64,000 nt of DNA from Candidatus Saccharimonadia bacterium (GTDB lineage Bacteria; Patescibacteriota; Saccharimonadia; CAILAD01; BJGX01), in NCBI GenBank assembly GCA_039738635.1, contig JBCLLN010000002.1, forward strand, positions 106 to 64,105. The letters run 5' to 3'. A program made the translations under genes and the position numbers. Numbering within the stretch: position 1 is the first letter of the stretch; each line of letters starts with the position of its first letter. The notes under the pieces are model-generated. The model did not search any database. It worked only from the letters and a program-made list of their open reading frames with translations, and was not told the origin of the DNA. This document shows, piece by piece, positions 35,946 to 45,308 of this stretch.

Positions 35946-37223
35946 TTAGGCGCTTGCGAAGCTAGCAAGCTTGGCAATTGCTTTTTTGGTAAGTAAATGA
36001 TTGCGTAAGTCTGCTTTGAAATGATCATGAGTTAGCTCGGCTTGAATTTTAGTGTCACTCTTATATTGTTCGGCCATCTTAGATAATTCTTGCTCTAACT
36101 CAAGCTCACTGACAGTAATTTTATACTTACTAATCACATCGCGCAGGATTAAGGCGGCACTAACTCTCTTGCTGGCTTCCTCATTGACTTCTTTTTTCAT
36201 ATCGTCAGCAGTTCTATTTTGCATTTCTAGATATTTTTTGCGGTCCAAGCCAGAGTTATGGAGGTTCTTGTCCATCTCGCTCTCTAGCTGGGTAGCTTGC
36301 TGGCTAACAAGCTGGGCAGGGGCTTCAAATTTAGCTTTTATAAGTAGCTCAGCGAGGATTAGATTCTCATAATCTTTATTGGCCTGCTCTTGCTCTTGTT
36401 GGGCTAGTACCCCGCCAATATCTGCTCTTAATTCCTTGACATTGGCTTTATTGCCGACCTGCTTGGCAAACTCATCATCTAGCTTAGGTAAGCTAACGGC
36501 ATAGACGCTATTTATTTTGACACTAAATTCTACCTTAGCGCCTTGCAGGTCTGGGGCTTGATAGTCTTTGGGAAAAGTTACCATAAATGTCTTTTGGTCC
36601 TTTTCCTTAAGGCCTACAAGATTGTCCTCAAAGCCGGGTATAAATGTGCCCTCACCGACAGTCATGGTATGGTTCTGGGCACTAGCACCCTCAACTATTT
36701 TGCCCTCTCGCTTGCCTTCAAAATCAAAGCGAACTTCATCGCCTGGTTTTAGTGGTTTATTAGTAGCCTCGCGCTTGGCCATTTGCTTACGGAGATTCTG
36801 CACATGCTCATCAATTTTGGCCTCATTAATCTTAACTACTGGTTTTTTAACTCTGAGCTTGGCGTAGTCAAAGCTGATTTCTGGCATTATAGGAACCTCG
36901 GCGCTAAACTCTAAATCCGTATAGGGTACGAATTTCTTAAGGTTAATACTGGGGGAGCCTAATGCGCTAATTTTTTGCTCCCTAAGTTGGTTCTCAAAAG
37001 CGTACTGGATAACTTCTTCTAGTACCTCGGCCTGAACTCTTTCCTCGCCTAGTTCGCGAACTACAATATTATCTGGGGCATAGCCCGGCCTAAAGCCATC
37101 AACTTTTAGGCCTTTTTTAAGTCGCTTTAGGACTGCTGTCTTATATGGGGCCATAAATTGTTCATCAACTGAGATGGTCATTATGGCGGTGGAATTTGCT
37201 TGCTTGGTGGTGGATTTAATCAT
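35946..37223 (-). CDS. tig: Trigger factor
   Basis: 425 aa containing the GFRPGYAP motif and an FKBP-like middle domain. The tig-clpP order is conserved. Confidence 0.9.
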   Translation of the reverse strand: MIKSTTKQANSTAIMTISVDEQFMAPYKTAVLKRLKKGLKVDGFRPGYAPDNIVVRELGEERVQAEVLEEVIQYAFENQLREQKISALGSPSINLKKFVPYTDLEFSAEVPIMPEISFDYAKLRVKKPVVKINEAKIDEHVQNLRKQMAKREATNKPLKPGDEVRFDFEGKREGKIVEGASAQNHTMTVGEGTFIPGFEDNLVGLKEKDQKTFMVTFPKDYQAPDLQGAKVEFSVKINSVYAVSLPKLDDEFAKQVGNKANVKELRADIGGVLAQQEQEQANKDYENLILAELLIKAKFEAPAQLVSQQATQLESEMDKNLHNSGLDRKKYLEMQNRTADDMKKEVNEEASKRVSAALILRDVISKYKITVSELELEQELSKMAEQYKSDTKIQAELTHDHFKADLRNHLLTKKAIAKLASFASA

Positions 37224-37232
37224 AATTTTGTA

Positions 37233-37261
37233 ATTGTATCAGATATAAATGGCTATGCCAA
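37233..37261 (-). promoter_or_regulatory. sigma70-like promoter for tig-clpP (TTGGCA-17-TACAAT), with the -10 only 9 nt from the ATG
   Basis: On the minus strand, TTGGCA is at 37261-37256 and TACAAT at 37238-37233. No SD sequence is present. Confidence 0.5.
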
Positions 37262-37267
37262 CATCAT

Positions 37268-37371
37268 CTCTGCGCACCTTACTACACCGAACCTTTGGGT
37301 TTCTCGTCCTGACTCCATCAGATAACTACCCCATCCAAAGATGGGCCAATTATCTGGTACCGGGAAGAGGA
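37268..37371 (-). repeat. Direct repeat B: the last 17 nt of tRNA-Leu plus about 87 nt of its downstream flank
   Basis: About 90% identical to 37433..37535 and offset by about 164 nt. It begins (minus sense) tcctcttcccggtacca. Confidence 0.85.
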
Positions 37372-37403
37372 CAGCGGCTGACGCCTTTTCCTTGCGGTGC
37401 TCG

Positions 37404-37433
37404 GACTAAGCTCTAGCAAGCTAGAGCTTAGTC
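37404..37433. repeat. 30-nt perfect palindrome between the two direct repeats
   Basis: The sequence is gactaagctctagc aa gctagagcttagtc. Confidence 0.85.
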
Positions 37434-37535
37434 TCTGCGCTCCTCATACACCGAACCTTTGGGTTTCTCGTCCTCACTCCATCAGATAATTGAGCCATCC
37501 AAAGATGGACCAATTATCTGGTACCGGGAAGAGGA
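37433..37535 (-). repeat. Direct repeat A (overlaps the genuine 3' end of tRNA-Leu)
   Basis: See 37268..37371. It contains a long hairpin immediately after the CCA (CAGATAATTG...CAATTATCTG with an inner CCATC/GATGG stem). Confidence 0.85.
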
Positions 37536-37605
37536 CTCGAACCTCCACGGGTATTACCCCACCAGTTCCTAAAACTGGCGTGTCTGCCAATTCCACCATC
37601 CCGGC
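37519..37605 (-). tRNA. tRNA-Leu (anticodon UAG), type II with a long variable arm and encoded CCA
   Basis: I folded it by hand from GCCGGGATGGTGGAATTGGCAGACACGCCAGTTTTAGGAACTGGTGGGGTAATACCCGTGGAGGTTCGAGTCCTCTTCCCGGTACCA. The anticodon stem is CCAGT/ACTGG and the loop is TTTAGGA. Confidence 0.9.
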
Positions 37606-37621
37606 ATATCAAAAAACAATT

Positions 37622-38155
37622 TTATTTTTTTTGTAAGTATACGATTCTGGTGTCGCCGTAGGCCTTTTGGCCAACATCGCTATACTCACTAGGCACTTCA
37701 AAATTAGTCTTTATGGAACAACTAACCACCAAAATGCCCCCTAATTGTACCAGATTAGCTACTGTTTTGACTAGAGCTAGGCTAAAATCACGATAAGGTG
37801 GATCCAAAAAAACAACATCAAAGGATTCGGTAGTATTCAGGTTAAACTTCTGAACCGACTGGCTAACCACAGTAGTCTCACTCTCTAGCCCTAGTGCTTT
37901 GACATTACTATGAATGACCCTAATAGCGCTTGGTGACTTATCTACAAATGTGACATTACTAGCACCCAGGCTCAGTGCTTCAAAGCCGAGCGTGCCACCA
38001 CCAGCAAATAAATCCAGAATACTACAGTCCTCTACTTCAACAACATTAAAAATAGCCGAGCGAACCTTAGCTGACACGGCTCTAGTAATGCTCGGCGGGG
38101 GTAGCTGTATTGATTGGCCACGATATGCGCCAGAGTTAATCTTACTAGTAATCAT
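37622..38155 (-). CDS. rsmD: 16S rRNA (guanine966-N2)-methyltransferase RsmD-like (start trimmed)
   Basis: SAM-binding DLFAGGGTLGFEALSLGA and catalytic VFLDPPY motifs. Confidence 0.8.
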   Translation of the reverse strand: MITSKINSGAYRGQSIQLPPPSITRAVSAKVRSAIFNVVEVEDCSILDLFAGGGTLGFEALSLGASNVTFVDKSPSAIRVIHSNVKALGLESETTVVSQSVQKFNLNTTESFDVVFLDPPYRDFSLALVKTVANLVQLGGILVVSCSIKTNFEVPSEYSDVGQKAYGDTRIVYLQKK

Positions 38156-38165
38156 AATTTTAAGC

Positions 38166-38915
38166 TTATTTAGCTTTAGTGCTATAAGCTTCATCGTAGG
38201 CGGCTAGCCAGGCGGCCGCGATAAGCTGGGGGATTCGTTTCACTACGGTTACTTTAACAGTCCTAGCTAGCCCAGCGCTCCAGCCTTTTTGTAGGTACTC
38301 ATCATATATTTTATGCTTTGAAATGGCCAAGCTTTCATTGACTACCACGGATTTAATTCCATCTTTTTTGATACTAGCTAGCAAGGTCTCATCAAAGGCG
38401 ACCGTAATTGGGGTAAAGAATATAGCGCTGCTAATACCTGACTCAAAGGCGACATGGCTAGTTAATAGGCCCTTATGCCCATAGACCTTCCAGCGCTTGC
38501 GGTATTTTTTGCCTTCATATTCTTCTAAAACAAATTTATGAGACAAATGATGGGCTGGGGTTAGGCTATCTGTTAGATAATGTGCCATAAAGCCAGCCTC
38601 AAAAGACGCCTTGACCATATCCCCGTCTTTAAGGGCTTGGACAAAATTTTTATAATTAACTTCTATCCAGAGGGGCAAATGCCCAATCTTATTAACGGGA
38701 TCCCAGAGATGATCGGTATTGTAGTTGCCCTTGAATTTTAAGCCATCGGGGCCTCCTGAGCCCTCAAACTTTAATATTAGCGACCTTGGTGGGAACTTAT
38801 CCTTATCAATTCGTTTTTTGAGTAAATCATAAGCAGTTCGGTCAAACTTCTGGTGAGTTCCGACCGAATTTAGTATTTTACCTCTAGTTAGATGGCTAAA
38901 AAGACCTGAATTCAT
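38166..38915 (-). CDS. Hypothetical protein with a zinc-dependent phospholipase C / P1-nuclease-like His/Asp pattern
   Basis: GTHQKFDRTAY near the N-terminus, then DHLWDP, then FMAHYLTDSLTPAHH. No signal peptide. Weak motif-level call. Confidence 0.35.
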   Translation of the reverse strand: MNSGLFSHLTRGKILNSVGTHQKFDRTAYDLLKKRIDKDKFPPRSLILKFEGSGGPDGLKFKGNYNTDHLWDPVNKIGHLPLWIEVNYKNFVQALKDGDMVKASFEAGFMAHYLTDSLTPAHHLSHKFVLEEYEGKKYRKRWKVYGHKGLLTSHVAFESGISSAIFFTPITVAFDETLLASIKKDGIKSVVVNESLAISKHKIYDEYLQKGWSAGLARTVKVTVVKRIPQLIAAAWLAAYDEAYSTKAK

Positions 38916-38924
38916 AATGATTGA

Positions 38925-40958
38925 CTAATCAAGAGAAACAATTGCACTTAGGCCTCTGACTCTCTTGGCAAGTTGGCTATATTCTAACAGATTATGGTTA
39001 TTATTAAAAGCCTCCGCCGCTTGCTTGACCTCGGCTATTAGCTTGTGATCGAACAAATCTGCCAAGCGTAAATCAAGCAAGCCATGCTGGGCAGTGCCAT
39101 AAATTTCCCCTGGCCCGCGAGTTTCTAAATCAATTTGAGCTAATCTGAAGCCATCGTTGGTATTCTCAAGCGCCTTAAGCCGCTTGGTGCTAGTGGGATT
39201 ATCTGAATCAGTAGCCAGGTAGCAATGGGATTGGGCCTGCCCCCTGCCAACTCGCCCCCTGAGCTGATGGAGGGCAGCCAGCCCAAACCTATCTGCCCCT
39301 TCAATTAACATAATGGTGGCATTAGGGACATCTACGCCAACCTCAATAACGGATGTGGCTACTAGCATATCAAGCTTACCGGCCTTAAAATCATCCATCA
39401 CTTTAACCTTATCTATCGCTTTGAGCTTACCATGCACTAGGCCAATACGACGATGCTTAAAAATTGTTTTTTGTAAGGACTTAAACTCCGCCTCAACGCT
39501 AGCACAACCAAGCTTATCGGACTCTACTATCATCGGGCACACCACATACACTTGCTGTCCTTGCCCAATTAATGAATCAATATGAGCATAAACATGAATC
39601 TTATCTATTTGATTGACCAGCTTAGTAACAACGGGCTTTCTGCCTGGTGGGAGCTCATCAATAATAGATATATCCAAATCGCCATAGACCACCAATGCCA
39701 AGCTACGAGGAATTGGTGTAGCGGTCATCGTTAGCACATGGGGCATAGTCTTGGCCTTACTCTTGAGCTGAGTGCGTTGATTAACACCAAAGCGATGTTG
39801 CTCATCTACCACTACGAGCCCTAGGTTCTTATAAGCTACATCCTTACTAATAAGGGCCTGCGTACCTATTACGCAGTCAATCTGGCCGTTTTTGAGCTTC
39901 TCTAATATCTCTATCCTTAGTGGCTTTTTGATATCTGATATCAATAATTCACAGCTAATACCAAGCAAGCCTAGCTGTTTTTGGGCAGTCAAATAGTGTT
40001 GACGAGCTAAAATTTCGGTGGGCACCATAATGGCTGTCTGGTAGCCAGACTTAGCGCTCATGGCTGTGGCCATTAGGGCAACTACTGTTTTGCCACTACC
40101 TACATCACCTTCTAAAAGGCGATTCATGGGCTGATCGCGAGCGATGTCCTCGAGCACGGTGTGGGCCGATTTTTTTTGGGCTGTGGTCAGCTCAAAGGTC
40201 AGGGTAGCAACAAAGTCTTTGGCTACCTGAGGATTGTATTTAATTGGCACCGCCGGCGAAATCTTTAGATTTTGCTTAAGAGCAAGCCCAGCTAGCACCA
40301 GCTCAAATATTTCCTCAAAGGCGATGGTTCGCTTGGCTAGCTCTAACTCTGCCAGGCTACTGGCTTGGTGCAAGATACTAATAGCCCTAGATTTAGCTAT
40401 CAGCTGATGATTGGCTAGTAAGTCGGCTGGCAGAACATCTTCAATCTCGGAGCACAAACTAATACTCTGGCTAACCAGCTTTTTAATAATAGTGGAGGTT
40501 AGCTGTTTGGTTTCTGGATAGATTGGTATAATTTCTTCTTTATTTAATCCCCCTTGACTCTTTTCAAAGCTCGGGTTACTCAAGCTAATATAGCCGTTTT
40601 TATATTCATATACTCCTCTAAACCGATAGCTCTGGAGTTTTTTTAGGGTCTGCGTGATATAGGGCTGATTAAACCAGACCGCCTTAACGGTGCCGGTATC
40701 ATCAGCTAAAATAGCCTCTGTGATAACCAAGCTACGATTGCGTTGGCTGCGTCGCATGGCAACATTCTCAACTCTGGCATTAAAACTCACTAATCCAGGG
40801 GATATTTGGCTAATACTAGTGATGTTTTGATATCTGTCCCATCGGCGTGGATAATAATCTAACAAATCAGCAATAGTTAAGATGCCAGCCGAGCTTAGGG
40901 CTTTGGTGATAATTGGACCGACACCTTTGAGCCTAGTTATAGGGCTTTGGAGATTCAT
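38925..40958 (-). CDS. recG: ATP-dependent DNA helicase RecG
   Basis: 677 aa with a wedge domain followed by helicase motifs (GDVGSGKT, VVDEQHRFG, TATPIPR, QLRGRVGRG). Confidence 0.93.
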   Translation of the reverse strand: MNLQSPITRLKGVGPIITKALSSAGILTIADLLDYYPRRWDRYQNITSISQISPGLVSFNARVENVAMRRSQRNRSLVITEAILADDTGTVKAVWFNQPYITQTLKKLQSYRFRGVYEYKNGYISLSNPSFEKSQGGLNKEEIIPIYPETKQLTSTIIKKLVSQSISLCSEIEDVLPADLLANHQLIAKSRAISILHQASSLAELELAKRTIAFEEIFELVLAGLALKQNLKISPAVPIKYNPQVAKDFVATLTFELTTAQKKSAHTVLEDIARDQPMNRLLEGDVGSGKTVVALMATAMSAKSGYQTAIMVPTEILARQHYLTAQKQLGLLGISCELLISDIKKPLRIEILEKLKNGQIDCVIGTQALISKDVAYKNLGLVVVDEQHRFGVNQRTQLKSKAKTMPHVLTMTATPIPRSLALVVYGDLDISIIDELPPGRKPVVTKLVNQIDKIHVYAHIDSLIGQGQQVYVVCPMIVESDKLGCASVEAEFKSLQKTIFKHRRIGLVHGKLKAIDKVKVMDDFKAGKLDMLVATSVIEVGVDVPNATIMLIEGADRFGLAALHQLRGRVGRGQAQSHCYLATDSDNPTSTKRLKALENTNDGFRLAQIDLETRGPGEIYGTAQHGLLDLRLADLFDHKLIAEVKQAAEAFNNNHNLLEYSQLAKRVRGLSAIVSLD

Positions 40959-40964
40959 ATTATT

Positions 40965-40970
40965 ATTCTA
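40965..40970 (-). promoter_or_regulatory. -10 box TAGAAT (with upstream TGc) placed 6 nt upstream of the recG ATG (leaderless-type)
   Basis: The minus strand reads gTGcTAGAATaataatATG. Confidence 0.45.
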
Positions 40971-40998
40971 GCACGCCCAAAAAAACGATAATTTTAGG

Positions 40999-42174
40999 CT
41001 ATTTGAATTTTATCCTCAAAAACCGCCTCTTTCCTACCTGTGCCAGACAATCCTTGTTAAGCACAAGCGCTATGTCACGAGTTACAACATCGTCAATTTT
41101 AACTCCACCTTGAGCTAGTAGTCGCCTGGCCTCGGACTTACTAATATCAAAGCCGGCGGCAATAACATCAACTATTATTCCTTTATTTAGCGTCTTAGAC
41201 TCGATGTCCTTGGGCTTGTCGCCGTCACGAAATTGACTATTCCAGGATTGCTCGGCCAAGACTGCTTGCTTGCCACCATGGTAACGACCAACAATATTGC
41301 GAGCCAAGCTAGCCTTGGTATCGCGGGGGTTAGCACCAAGTGCCATGTCTTTTTCGATTTGAGTTATTTGCTCCATTGGCACATCGGTGGCTAACTTAAA
41401 GTAGGAGGGTATCAGCTCGTCGTGAATTGTCATAACCTTGCCGTACATATCGGCTGGCTCGTCTTCAATATAAATGCAATTCCCCCATGAAGTACTCATT
41501 TTGCGACCATCCGTACCTTCCATAAGATGAAATGTCATCACACTCTGGGGTTCTTGGCCATAGGCTTTCTGGACCGTACGCCCAGCCAACATATTAAAGA
41601 GCTGGTCGGTACCACCAACCTCTAGATCGGTATTCATCATAACGCTATCATAGCCCTGCAGAAGGGCGTACAAGGTCTCATGTAGGCCAACTGGCTTATT
41701 GGCCTTAATGCGTTTAGCAAAATTCTCGCGCTCAATCATCTGCTGAATGGTAAATAAGTTGGTTAGCTTAAAAAACTCTCCCAGTTGCATCTCCTCGAAC
41801 CAAGTGCCGTTCTGGAATAACTCAACCTTGTCCATATCTAGAATTTTAGATAGCTGACGATGGTATGGCTTAAAGTTGTCAGCCACCTCTCGTTTGGATA
41901 TCATCTGCCTCTCCGAATCTTTATCGGAGGCATCACCTATCTGGGCCGTGAAGGTACCAGCAACAAAAGTAATCTGATGCCCAAGGTCCTGAAATTGCCT
42001 CAACTTCCAGAGAGTCGTAGCCCTGCCAATGTGGAGCTTAGAGCCGGTTGGGTCGAAACCAAGCTTTATTCGTAGTTTTTTGCCACTTTTTAATTTCTTT
42101 TCTAATTCACTACGGACTATTAAATCCTCTACATTACGAGTCAGTAGGTCGTTAAGTATATCTTTAGATTTCAT
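40999..42174 (-). CDS. tyrS: Tyrosine--tRNA ligase
   Basis: GFDPTGSKLHIGRAT (HIGH-type motif), KMSTS (KMSKS-type motif) and a C-terminal S4-like domain. Confidence 0.88.
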   Translation of the reverse strand: MKSKDILNDLLTRNVEDLIVRSELEKKLKSGKKLRIKLGFDPTGSKLHIGRATTLWKLRQFQDLGHQITFVAGTFTAQIGDASDKDSERQMISKREVADNFKPYHRQLSKILDMDKVELFQNGTWFEEMQLGEFFKLTNLFTIQQMIERENFAKRIKANKPVGLHETLYALLQGYDSVMMNTDLEVGGTDQLFNMLAGRTVQKAYGQEPQSVMTFHLMEGTDGRKMSTSWGNCIYIEDEPADMYGKVMTIHDELIPSYFKLATDVPMEQITQIEKDMALGANPRDTKASLARNIVGRYHGGKQAVLAEQSWNSQFRDGDKPKDIESKTLNKGIIVDVIAAGFDISKSEARRLLAQGGVKIDDVVTRDIALVLNKDCLAQVGKRRFLRIKFK

Positions 42175-42382
42175 TTTCCCTCAATTCTAAAATTAGTTAT
42201 AATTGCTTTTTTTGCTGGGTTCAATAGTCCGAACCCGACATAAATAGGCTTTGAAAAAATCTTATGATGATTTTAGTGTTTAACTCCATATCTGTCACAT
42301 TATACCAATAATACCGTTATATTGTAATCAAGATTAAAGAGCAATAATATTAGCTAATGCGTGGTATAATTTAACCAAACAT

Positions 42383-45268
42383 ATGGCAAAAAAACGCCCC
42401 AATAGAAAACCACTTCAATCTCCTAGAAGAGTAGTTAGGCATAGCCTTGGTAGTAAGACACTGCAATCTGGGGGTAAAAAGATTGCAGTCGCTAGGCCTA
42501 AGGGTCTGGCGAAATTTCATTATAAGAATATAATCCGAGTCTTTACTAGCAAGAAAGCCCTTAAAATATATGGGATTACTATTGCTGTTATATTTTTATT
42601 AATCGCCGGTGTATTTTTATGGTTTGCCAAAGACCTACCCAGCCCTAATAAAATTAACTCTCGCGTTAGCGCTCAGACCACAAAAATATATGACCGCACC
42701 GGGGAAACCCTACTAATAGAAGTCTATGGCGATAAAAACCGCAGTATTATAGAGTTTAATCAAATGCCTCAATGCATCAAAGATGCTACTGTTGCCCTGG
42801 AAGACAAAAACTTCTATAAGCAAGGGGCATTTAGCCTGGCTGGTCTGGCCAGGGCTTTTACGGGCGTTATCTTTAAGGATCGCTCCAAAGGGGGAGGCTC
42901 AACCATTACTCAGCAATATGTCAAAAATGCCCTGCTCACCAACGAGCGGACCTATGAGAGAAAAATCAAGGAATTAATACTCTCGATCCAAATGGAGCAA
43001 TTATACAAAAAAGACGACATATTAAAGCTATATCTGAATGAAATACCCTACGGATCAACGGCCTACGGAATCCAGGCTGCCTCTAAGCAGTACTTTGGCA
43101 TTGATGCTAAAGACTTAAATCTTGCTCAGTGCGTAACGCTAGCTAGCTTACCCCAAGCACCTACTTACTATTCTCCTTATGGGCAGAATTCCAACCAGCT
43201 ACTTTCCAAAAAAGACCATGTCTTGGATCTGATGGTAGAGCAGGGCTACATCAAAAAAGACGAAGCCGAGGCTACCAAGAAGGTCGATGTAATGGCCCAA
43301 TTTAAGCCATATAACCCATACGCCAACATCAAGGCCCCTCATTTTGTACAGTACACCAGAGAACAGCTTGAGGAAAAATACGGTATCAAAAGAGTCAATG
43401 AGGGTGGTTTTAAGGTTATCTCGACGATAGACTTAACCAAGCAAAAATTAGCTGAAGATATAGTAGCCAAGAATATCGATTCTGTTCGAAGGTATGGTGG
43501 TGATAATGCCGCCTTAGTCTCGGTGGACCCCACCAATGGGCAGATACTGGCGATGGTCGGTAGCTATGACACAAGTAACCCAGAATTTGGTAGCTTTAAT
43601 GTAGCTGTTTCTCTGCGTCAGCCCGGGTCTTCTATTAAGCCACTTATATACGCCAACCTATTTAAGAAAAACTGGGGACCTGGTAGCACCATCTATGATG
43701 TACGGACAGACTTTGGTGGAATACCCCCATATGTTCCCAGAAACTACACCGGCCGATTCTATGGAGTACAGTCCGTCAGGACAGCTCTAGCTGCCTCGCT
43801 TAATATACCTGCCGTAAAGGCGCTATACATTGGTGGTATATCAGAATTTATAGCTACCGCCAAAGACCTGGGCATTACAACCTACAATAGACCGGCCAAT
43901 GAGTATGGCTTAAGTGTCGCCCTAGGCGCTGGAGATGTGCGAATGGTGGATATGGCCAACGCCTTCTCGGCTTTCCCCACTAATGGTGAGCACAGAAACC
44001 AGCAGTACTGGCTTAAGATAACCGATGGAACAGGTAAAGTCATAGAAGATAACACCAAGGAAGATAGTAATAAACCCAAACAAGCGCTTGACCCACAAAT
44101 TGCCTACGAAATAAACAGTATTATGTCTGACAATGCCGCTCGCTGTAGTCTTGGTACTTTTCCCTGTAATAATCCCCTGACCCTACCAGGCAAGACGGTT
44201 GCTGCCAAAACGGGCACATCAGAGGATTTTAGAGATGCCTGGACGGTAGGTTTTACCAAAAGAGTAGTGACGGTAGTATGGGCTGGCAATAACGATAATA
44301 GCCCTATGACACAGGCCGCTAGTATTGTGTCTGCACCAATCTGGAACCAATATATGAATGCGGTCACAAAAGATGAGCCAAATGAGCAATTTGATAGGCC
44401 TAGTGGGATTAAAGAAGAGACTATTGATGCCAACACTGGCAAATCACTAATACCTGGCTCTAAGCCCCGCCGAGATATTTTTGCTAGCTGGTATAAGGTA
44501 GAGCAAGCCAGTAACTCTCAAAAGGCGACTATCGATATAGTATCAGGCAAGCTAGCTACCGACTGCACTCCAGCAGGAGCCCGCAAAGACATTACAGGCT
44601 CTTTAATTACTGCCGAGATACTGCCAAGTGACCCAGCATACCGGCTCTGGAACCCACCCGTTCAAGCACTCGCCCGATCCCTTGGCTACAGCCAAGGCGG
44701 ATCCATACCTTCAGAAAAGGACGATGCGCATCAGTGTGGAGACCCTGTACCAGTAGTTTCGGTGTCCGCATCTCCGAATAGTGGTAGTATATTTACTATC
44801 TCGGCCACGACCACACAGGGCAAATTCCCAATTAGCCAGGTGGCATTCTTTATGGATGGCAATCTAATTGACACTAAAACTGGTGGTGGGCCAACATTCA
44901 CTACCACGATTACTCCGCCAGCAGGCAATCATAGCTTTAGTGTGATTGCTACTGATAGTGGCTACTATACCGGCACCAGCAATACAATCTCGGTCAGCGC
45001 CACCGGTACTGGTGGTGCGAACCTAAGCTGCGCTGGTAATCAATGTACTTTTACCTACACTCTAGGACAATTTAATACTCAGCTGCACATTGGAGGTCCT
45101 AGTGCGTGGAGTACATATCAAGGAGCATGCCCAATCCCAGGAGGTTGCACTTCTCCTCGTTACTGGAATCTTGGTTCTACTATCTGGAATGGGGGCTCTG
45201 GGGCGACCAGCTCAAACATCAAGGCCACACTTACCACTTCTAGTGGAGTTCAGACTATCTACCCTTAG
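42383..45268 (+). CDS. Class A penicillin-binding protein (glycosyltransferase + transpeptidase) with a C-terminal Ig-like extension
   Basis: N-terminal TM anchor. GT51 motifs are EDKNFYKQGAF and GGSTITQQYVKN. Transpeptidase motifs are SSIKP and KTGT. TGgTATAAT lies 12 nt upstream of the ATG. Confidence 0.9.
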   Translation: MAKKRPNRKPLQSPRRVVRHSLGSKTLQSGGKKIAVARPKGLAKFHYKNIIRVFTSKKALKIYGITIAVIFLLIAGVFLWFAKDLPSPNKINSRVSAQTTKIYDRTGETLLIEVYGDKNRSIIEFNQMPQCIKDATVALEDKNFYKQGAFSLAGLARAFTGVIFKDRSKGGGSTITQQYVKNALLTNERTYERKIKELILSIQMEQLYKKDDILKLYLNEIPYGSTAYGIQAASKQYFGIDAKDLNLAQCVTLASLPQAPTYYSPYGQNSNQLLSKKDHVLDLMVEQGYIKKDEAEATKKVDVMAQFKPYNPYANIKAPHFVQYTREQLEEKYGIKRVNEGGFKVISTIDLTKQKLAEDIVAKNIDSVRRYGGDNAALVSVDPTNGQILAMVGSYDTSNPEFGSFNVAVSLRQPGSSIKPLIYANLFKKNWGPGSTIYDVRTDFGGIPPYVPRNYTGRFYGVQSVRTALAASLNIPAVKALYIGGISEFIATAKDLGITTYNRPANEYGLSVALGAGDVRMVDMANAFSAFPTNGEHRNQQYWLKITDGTGKVIEDNTKEDSNKPKQALDPQIAYEINSIMSDNAARCSLGTFPCNNPLTLPGKTVAAKTGTSEDFRDAWTVGFTKRVVTVVWAGNNDNSPMTQAASIVSAPIWNQYMNAVTKDEPNEQFDRPSGIKEETIDANTGKSLIPGSKPRRDIFASWYKVEQASNSQKATIDIVSGKLATDCTPAGARKDITGSLITAEILPSDPAYRLWNPPVQALARSLGYSQGGSIPSEKDDAHQCGDPVPVVSVSASPNSGSIFTISATTTQGKFPISQVAFFMDGNLIDTKTGGGPTFTTTITPPAGNHSFSVIATDSGYYTGTSNTISVSATGTGGANLSCAGNQCTFTYTLGQFNTQLHIGGPSAWSTYQGACPIPGGCTSPRYWNLGSTIWNGGSGATSSNIKATLTTSSGVQTIYP

Positions 45269-45308
45269 GCTAGGTGGCGCTAAAAGTACCAAAACCTATT
45301 TGCGAGCA

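Noticed and set aside
37372-37432. A possible SRP (4.5S) RNA in the spacer next to tRNA-Leu, prompted by gtccgagcaccgcaaggaaaaggcgtcagcc.
   Set aside because: It lacks the GGAA tetraloop and the conserved AGCA/GGUCC symmetric-loop context, and no extended terminal helix forms by hand folding.
37268-37605. A prophage or integrative element at tRNA-Leu.
   Set aside because: The two att-like repeats are only about 60 nt apart, and no integrase or phage genes flank them. The neighbours are tig and rsmD. At most this is a scar or miniature element.
42175-42382. A T-box riboswitch upstream of tyrS.
   Set aside because: There is no T-box consensus (no GGTGGTACCGCG-like block) and no terminator/antiterminator pair. 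The one hairpin (GGGTTC...GAACCC) is followed by an A-run, not a U-run, on the tyrS strand.
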